A stretch of 64,000 nt of DNA from positions 186,001-250,000 of the forward strand of contig NIVC01000694.1 in assembly GCA_002269645.1 (NCBI GenBank), in the 5' to 3' direction. This DNA is from Macrostomum lignano. Taxonomy: Eukaryota. This document shows, in pieces, positions 57,971 to 64,000 of this stretch. Every line of letters begins with the position of its first letter. The first letter of the stretch is position 1. The position numbers and the translations under genes were made by a program. The notes under the pieces are model-generated. The model was not told the DNA's origin and searched no databases. It worked only from the letters and a program-made list of their open reading frames with translations.

Positions 57971-59469
57971 GGCGGTCGACTTCGACGGCTATGAAAATTT
58001 GAAAAGCGGGGGCGTTTGCATAAATCCTTGTACGGTGGAAGGAGAACTCAAAGCAGAGAAATGCCAGTGCGAGCGGATGCGATTCCTCTGGCTAAGGGCT
58101 GATTCTCCAACCCTCTGCTGCTCCTGCTGAGCCGCGGAGCCGGCCCAAATACAGTTTTTGACGAGGTGGGGGGGGGGAGGTGAAAAAGGTAGGCGCAGGA
58201 GGACGGGCAGGCGGCGGCTCCCTGCTCAGTCCTGGCGGGTCGCAGAGAGCGGGGGGCTGGCAGGGAGGGCTGGCGCCGGGGCTGGTGGGCAGGGCAAACA
58301 ATTCCCTGCTAGACGCGGATGCCCGGGAGGCACTTTTTGGAGGCTGGAGAGCGCGGCGAGAATTCAGGGAGGCTGCGGGCCGGGGCGGCTGAGAGCGGAC
58401 GGAGTTTCTCAATCGATAACGGCTGAGCACCAGCCTGAGCACCTGCACTTTGAGGCTGTGGGCGGGGGCAGCGTACGCCATCAGCCTGGGGTAGGAGAGG
58501 CAGAACAATGAGAGACTGGGAGAGACTGGGAGAGACTGGGCAGCCTGTCAAGGTTCTCAGCGCCCCTCCCCCATCCAGCCTCATTTCGCCGTCTGCTCCA
58601 CTGAGAAATCCGCGTTGTTTTTTGATTGGGAGCGGAGCGCTTAGCAACAGAGCAGCTCAGCTGAGCAGGGGGTGAAATAGACTGGGGAATTCAAGCTGAG
58701 GGGGGATTTTTATCTGGGTACAAATGAATTTCAGACAAGCGGTGATAGCTGTGCAAATAGGGATTTAATGAGCTTTTTGTAGGCGACACATGGCGAGGAG
58801 ACTCACTTGGCCGGTGGAAGCTCGGGCTGTTTGTGTCGCTCTTTGGCGTCTCACTGGGCGGGGCGCATCCGGGGTTCGCGCCTCTCGTTAGTCAGGTTGT
58901 CGCTGCGCCTCTCCTTCCGACTCGCCCCGACTCGCCTGGCTGCCGCTCTTAAACAGCCCAGCGGTTCGCGCGCCCCTCGCCCAGGCCTGGCCAATGGCGC
59001 GGCCCGAGTCGCTCCAGGGCGGGCGGGCAGTCTGACGAACCCACCGCCCGCCCCCCCCCCCCCCACTTGGGCTCTGAGTTGCCAGGCCAGCCGTGCGAAA
59101 TGGAAACGGAGAGGAAAGAGATTCTCCTTCACTTCCGCCAGATCCCCTGCACTCCCCAAGCCAACAGGGGGAAGACAAGTCTGTGTTAAGCCTGAGACAA
59201 TGGGAAACCACTTGCAGTGGGAGGAAAATCCCATTGCTCTGGGATATAGCAATGCTATGCAATGCTGTTGACTTACACAGAATGGTGAATCAGCCTCTTG
59301 CCATTTGTGAATTCGGGAATTTTATGCAATCAATGAATATTCGCGTTATATCGCCAACGGCGAGAACAATGTAAGTAGTTTAGGATTGAACTGAAGTCAA
59401 AATACTCGTATATAGCATTGTCAGACATTCTGTGGGCATAACCTGAGCTTTGTGGGGTGGGGTGCTAGA

Positions 59470-59930
59470 GAAGATAGTGAAGTGCCAGAATAGAGATTAG
59501 AGTGCCAGATGAGGGATTGGAATGCCAGATGAGAGATTGGAGTGCCACAAGAGAGATTGGAGTGCCAGATGAGAGATTGGAGTGCCAGATGAGAGATTGG
59601 AGTGCCAGATGAGAGATTGGAGTGCCATAAGAGAGAGTGGAGTGCCAAATGAGAGATTGGAGTGCCACAAGAGAGAGTGGAGTGCCAGATGAGAGATTGG
59701 AGTGCCACAAGAGAGATTGGAGTGCCAGAGGAAAAAGCGGAGTGCCAGAAGAGAGCAGAGTGCCAGAAGAGAGATTGGAGTGCCAGATGAGAGAGTGGAG
59801 TGCCAGATGAGAGATTGGAGTGCCACAAGAGAGAGTGGAGTGCCAGATGAGAGACTGGAGTGCCACAAGAGAGATTGGAGTGCCAGAAGAGAGAGTGGAG
59901 TGCCAGAGGAAAAAGCGGAGTGCCAGAAGA
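59470..59930. repeat. 20-bp minisatellite (agtgccagatgagagattgg)
   Basis: About 23 copies. Confidence 0.92.
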
Positions 59931-60699
59931 GATAACAGAGTGCCTGGAAGTTAAAAGTAGTCTCCGGGTTAGCCAGAGAAATATCCATCAGGAAAACTCA
60001 GCCAGGTCCTTCATTCCTACAAAGTGAGCAGTTTTCAACCGAAGACCTGTGGGCAACAACTCTGCAAGGCTCCACCGGACCTGGCCGAAAGCGCTTTCAC
60101 GGCTCAGAGCTGTGGTGCGCAGATGCTGAGCAGGCTCGCTGAGTCGCAAAGGCGGGGCAGCCAGTGCGCAGTTGAGCAGGCGCGCCTTTCGAACACAGAA
60201 ATTCGGAGCTCCTCGGCGGATGCGCAGAAACCCAAATGCCCACATATTCTACCTTCAAGCAGCTTTTATGTAGAGATAGGGGACTGAATATTCTTTCACA
60301 GTTTGTAAGAAACACATTTTCGATATACAGATTTTCAGGCTGCTCTTGGCCTGAGCAACCCTGAGTCTGTTTATCAACAGCACCAATTTTTCCCGTCAAC
60401 AACAGCGGCTTCCCCGATTTTCAAGGACTTTAAGAAGGTCGCAGCGGGGCAAATGCAGGCGCCCGGGAAATTAATTGAGCCAGAGGGGGTGGCGATAGGG
60501 GGATTTGCGGGGCGGATTCTCACAAGCTCTGATAAGGATCGAATGGCGGCAGCGAAGCAGGCGGCCTGCTTGTGCTCGCAAATATTGCTACTGCCGGCTC
60601 GGTGCTCAACGCCACTCAGGGATTCGGAATGCGCTGCATTTTTACTGTGCCAAATGCTGAACAAATCCTTCTGCTCTACTAAAAGTAGCAAAGCTGCAC

Positions 60700-61310
60700 C
60701 CAACTGGCTGCACCCACTGCTAACTGGCTGCACCCACTGCTAACTGGCTGCACTCACTGCTCACTGGCTGCACCCACTGCTCACTGGCTGCACTCACTGC
60801 TCACTGGCTGCACTCACTGCTAACTGGCTGCACTCACTGCTCACTGGCTGCACCCACTGCTCACTGGATGCACTCACTGCTCACTGGATGCACTCACTGC
60901 TCACTGGATGCACTCACTGCTCACTGGATGCACTCACTGCTCACTGGATGCACCCACTGCTCACTGGCTGCACTCACTGCTCACTGGCTGCACCCACTGC
61001 TCACTGGATGCACTCACTGCTCACTGGATGCACTCACTGCTCACTGGAGGCACTCACTGCTCACTGGATGCACTCACTGCTCACTGGATGCACTCACTGC
61101 TCACTGGCTGCACCCACTGCTCACTGGCTGCACTCACTGCTCACTGGCTGCACCCACTGCTCACTGGATGCACTCACTGCTCACTGGATGCACTCACTGC
61201 TCACTGGAGGCACTCACTGCTCACTGGAGGCACTCACTGCTCACTGGCTGCACCCACTGCTCACTGGCTGCACCCACTGCTCACTGGCTGCACTGACTGC
61301 TCACTTGCAC
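60700..61310. repeat. 20-bp minisatellite (cactcactgctcactggctg)
   Basis: About 30 copies. Confidence 0.94.
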
Positions 61311-61702
61311 AGTAAGTAGCTTATGAAGTTTCGAGCTTGTGAAAACAGACATCTAGAATTTTATTAAGAACTCTAAAACGTAAGCACTCTAAAATTTACA
61401 AAGGTAACTCTGGCTAAATGTATATTATCATTTATGAGGCTCAAAAGAGCAGGTATATAACATAGCAGTTCCACTGAGCGCTATTTATAGTCCTCTATCC
61501 AGCCTTCAGAGCTGCCGCTGGTGTCTATGGCTCAAAGCGCCAGCAAGTCAATATGTGAGCTTCCTGTTTTGCGAGGTTTCCAACTCAGTGAAGTTCGTCT
61601 GTAGTGCCGCCCCAGGCAGCAGGGATTAGCCAGACAAATTTACAAAGCTAAGCCGAAACTTCTCAGGATCAAGGAGAGGTTGAGGGGCTGGCAATCTGAA
61701 CC

Positions 61703-62215
61703 ATGTCAAGTTCAGGACTGCAGCAGCCCCGTCAGGACAGACTGAGCAGCAGGGGGCAGCGGCAGCATCCGCAGCAGCAGCAGCAGCCGCATCTGATGCA
61801 ACAGCCGGAGCCGCAGGAGCAGCAGGAGCGGCGGAGGCCCAGCAGGTGGCGATTTTTCTGCCTCGGCAGACGGAAGGCGGCCGCAGCCTCAGCGACAACG
61901 ACGGCGCCGATCGCCAGCAACTCGGCGGTTCAGGCGGCGGCCAGGCCGGCGCTGCTGCAGGCCGGTCGCGGTGGCAGCGGCAGTTCAGAGGGCGGCGTGC
62001 AGCGGCAGTCGCAGGCGGCGGATGCGCAGTCCGCGACCAGACAGTCCTTGAGAGTCGCGCCGAACGGCAGGGCGCGGGGCTCGGCAGCGGGCGCGGGACT
62101 GCGCAGAGCCAGCCGGTCCACTGCGGCTGGCACCGCGGTCCCACTGCCGTCGCTTGCGGAGCAGCGGTCAATCTGGCCGACCCTGGACGGCAGCTTGATG
62201 CACCGGAGGTCTTGA
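61703..62215 (+). CDS. Possible low-complexity Gln/Ala/Arg-rich orphan protein, 170 aa
   Basis: GC-rich island with an ATG-initiated ORF and an upstream acceptor-like ccgccccag (~61616). Other frames are also open, so frame and strand are uncertain. Confidence 0.3.
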   Translation: MSSSGLQQPRQDRLSSRGQRQHPQQQQQPHLMQQPEPQEQQERRRPSRWRFFCLGRRKAAAASATTTAPIASNSAVQAAARPALLQAGRGGSGSSEGGVQRQSQAADAQSATRQSLRVAPNGRARGSAAGAGLRRASRSTAAGTAVPLPSLAEQRSIWPTLDGSLMHRRS

Positions 62216-62864
62216 AGGTGCCCAGCGGGCCAAAATGTGCTGCCAGCTCAGGCTGTGACGAAGCTGGCACCGACTGAGCCGCTGGTGCAATCCAAGACTG
62301 TGAGACCTGAGCGCCGCAATCGCTTTCTGTTTTTTTATTTTTTCAGTGGAGAAATAAACTTAAACTGAAGGCTTGAGTCTTTCATCTGGCCATAAAATGT
62401 CAATAAAGTCTACAGCTGGCTGCAGTTCCTCGCTGGATTAGAGAACAACTGCTTCAACAGTAGTCAGTTAAAGCCGGACTGTAAAATTTGAGAAAAAATG
62501 AGACCAGAAATCCATTTTAGAAATGTAAGAAGCGCTTGAGATTTTATTTGCTCATACTATGGTACCAGCGAAGCAGGAATATCATTCTGAGCGATTGGTT
62601 GATCTCAGGAGCCTTTGAAAATATTAAACAATAGCTACACTTGACATTTCTGTCTGTGGCTGCAGGGCCGGCCCGCAGCGGCCTGGACAGAGGAATTCGA
62701 AACAGGAAATCTGGCATGCCAAGGACCTTTGGATGGCAACCGAGCTTTGCGGGGGCACAGGCAACCAGATAAATACAAATTCGCACCAACCATGCAACAA
62801 TAATTTGTGAGACGCAAAATTTGTCACACCCTCCACGAGAACCGACGATGGACGATTTTGGAAT

Positions 62865-63751
62865 TCAGGAGGCTTTGGCGCCGCCCCGCTGCCCGGCCGC
62901 CTGCTTGGAGGATTTGGCGGGCGCCTCGGCAGACTTGGGCGAGTAGGAGAAGGCGGAGATGATGGCGAAGACTTCGGTGACGGCCGGGAAGGCGATGCAG
63001 AAACCGAAGATGTAGAAGAAGTCGTTGACGGGCCAGGAGTCGAGCAGGAACAGCAGCAGCGCCACGGAGCCGGCGAAGTGCGAGGCGGTGGCTGCGATTC
63101 GGTTTGAGGAATCGAGGAGTTAAGGAATGGCTGACAGATTTATTGATTTCTCTGCGCTGCACAGCAGCCGCCTAGTGGGGTTGGACGGGAAAGACCGGTG
63201 GCTGCTGGGGAGGTGCAGTTGGGCTTCATCACAGCTGCTTGCGGAGGCCCCGCTCTATGAGCTGGCTGAGGTCCAGCAGGGCTGGCAGCGCGATGGTCAC
63301 AGCGAAGATCGGCCAGAAGCGGCTGTAGCTCCAGGCCCAGAGCACGAAGTAGCAGGAGCTGACGGTGCCGCCGCAGTGGATTATGATGGCTGAAGGGATG
63401 GGACAGAGTTAAGGAGATTTTCCTTGAATTCTACCTAGCCTAAGCATTTTTGGGCCTATGAGAGCATGTCAAATAAGCAATTTTTTTGAAAGGATACAGA
63501 AAAGGCTCTGTGTCGGCAGGAACATCGTCACGCCGAACAGGAAGGATAGCAACTCGAATGCGAACAGGAAGCACGAGACTGCCAGTACGATGATGAACCT
63601 GAAAGCACACAAGGTCAAAAATATTTTATTTGAAAAAATAAACCAGTTCCCAATAAAAAAGTAAAGAGGACAATCAATCTTACTTGAGGTCCTCCGCATT
63701 GTATTCGGCAGTAGTGTACGTAGTCGACAGAGATGCTTTTATGTGAAGATC
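62865..63751 (-). CDS. TMEM107: Transmembrane protein 107 (ciliary transition zone), 3' three exons; 5' exon unresolved or outside the window
   Basis: Exons 63751-63684, 63598-63498 and 63091-62865 join in phase to give DLHIKASLSTTYTTAEYNAEDL(K/R)FIIVLAVSCFLFAFELLSFLFGVTMFLPTQSLFSTASHFAGSVALLLFLLDSWPVNDFFYIFGFCIAFPAVTEV, which aligns by eye with recalled human TMEM107 (FAVELAGFLSGVSMFNSTQSLISIGAHCSASVALSFFIFERW...FCSALPAVTE). Confidence 0.9.
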
Positions 63752-64000
63752 CTAAAATCAGATGGCATAAAAAGTAATTTCAGTATTGATTGATTTGTCA
63801 TTAAAAGCCCTACAGACAAACCGTATAATGTGATAAAATTTACCCCAAGCAGATAACATAACATTTACTAAATACTATGTACTAAAATGGAACGTATTTA
63901 CTTCATTCCATTCAGCAGCACATGAAAAATTATTAAAAATGTATTTTCCTATTCTCTGATTCAGCTGAAAAGCAAGTCTAAAAAGAGCAAGAAATCTAAA

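Noticed and set aside
62400-62860. U8 snoRNA (SNORD118), which lies at the 3' end of human TMEM107
   Set aside because: No recognisable U8 5' motif or paired C/D boxes by eye; a covariance-model search would be needed to exclude it fully.
3653-63751. Functional cluster of small-GTPase regulators with a ciliary gene (RalGPS, TBC1D2-like, TMEM107)
   Set aside because: The genes are separated by a transposon-rich block and an opposite-strand gene; nothing in the sequence argues for more than coincidence.

Overview
Eukaryotic (animal) genomic DNA: GC-rich spliced exons, with about 27 unrelated minisatellite arrays covering roughly 19 kb (about 30%). The style resembles the flatworm Macrostomum, but that is inference only. 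Genes were modelled by hand with phase-consistent GT-AG introns: a RalGPS-type Ral GEF (minus, ~3.65-15.96 kb); a secreted/GPI-anchored four-repeat Ly6/uPAR-like protein (plus, 31.36-36.82 kb); a 22-exon TBC1D2-like PH-coiled-coil-TBC gene that continues in frame into a JIP3/ARHGEF10-type WD40 propeller (minus, 39.2-57.97 kb); the 3' part of TMEM107 (minus); and two orphan coding candidates. An intact, very young 4.5-kb Ty3/gypsy LTR retrotransposon (205-bp LTRs, CCGTG TSD) lies beside a 4.5-kb AT-rich, CpG-eroded island holding a decayed Merlin/IS1595-like transposase fragment. Most notable: (1) a 62-copy tandem array of an exon end plus 5' splice site inside the Ly6-like gene; (2) the TBC-WD40 fusion; (3) the deamination-scarred island with a possible RIP-like signature. 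Most long ORFs in the supplied track are artefacts of stop-free repeat units.
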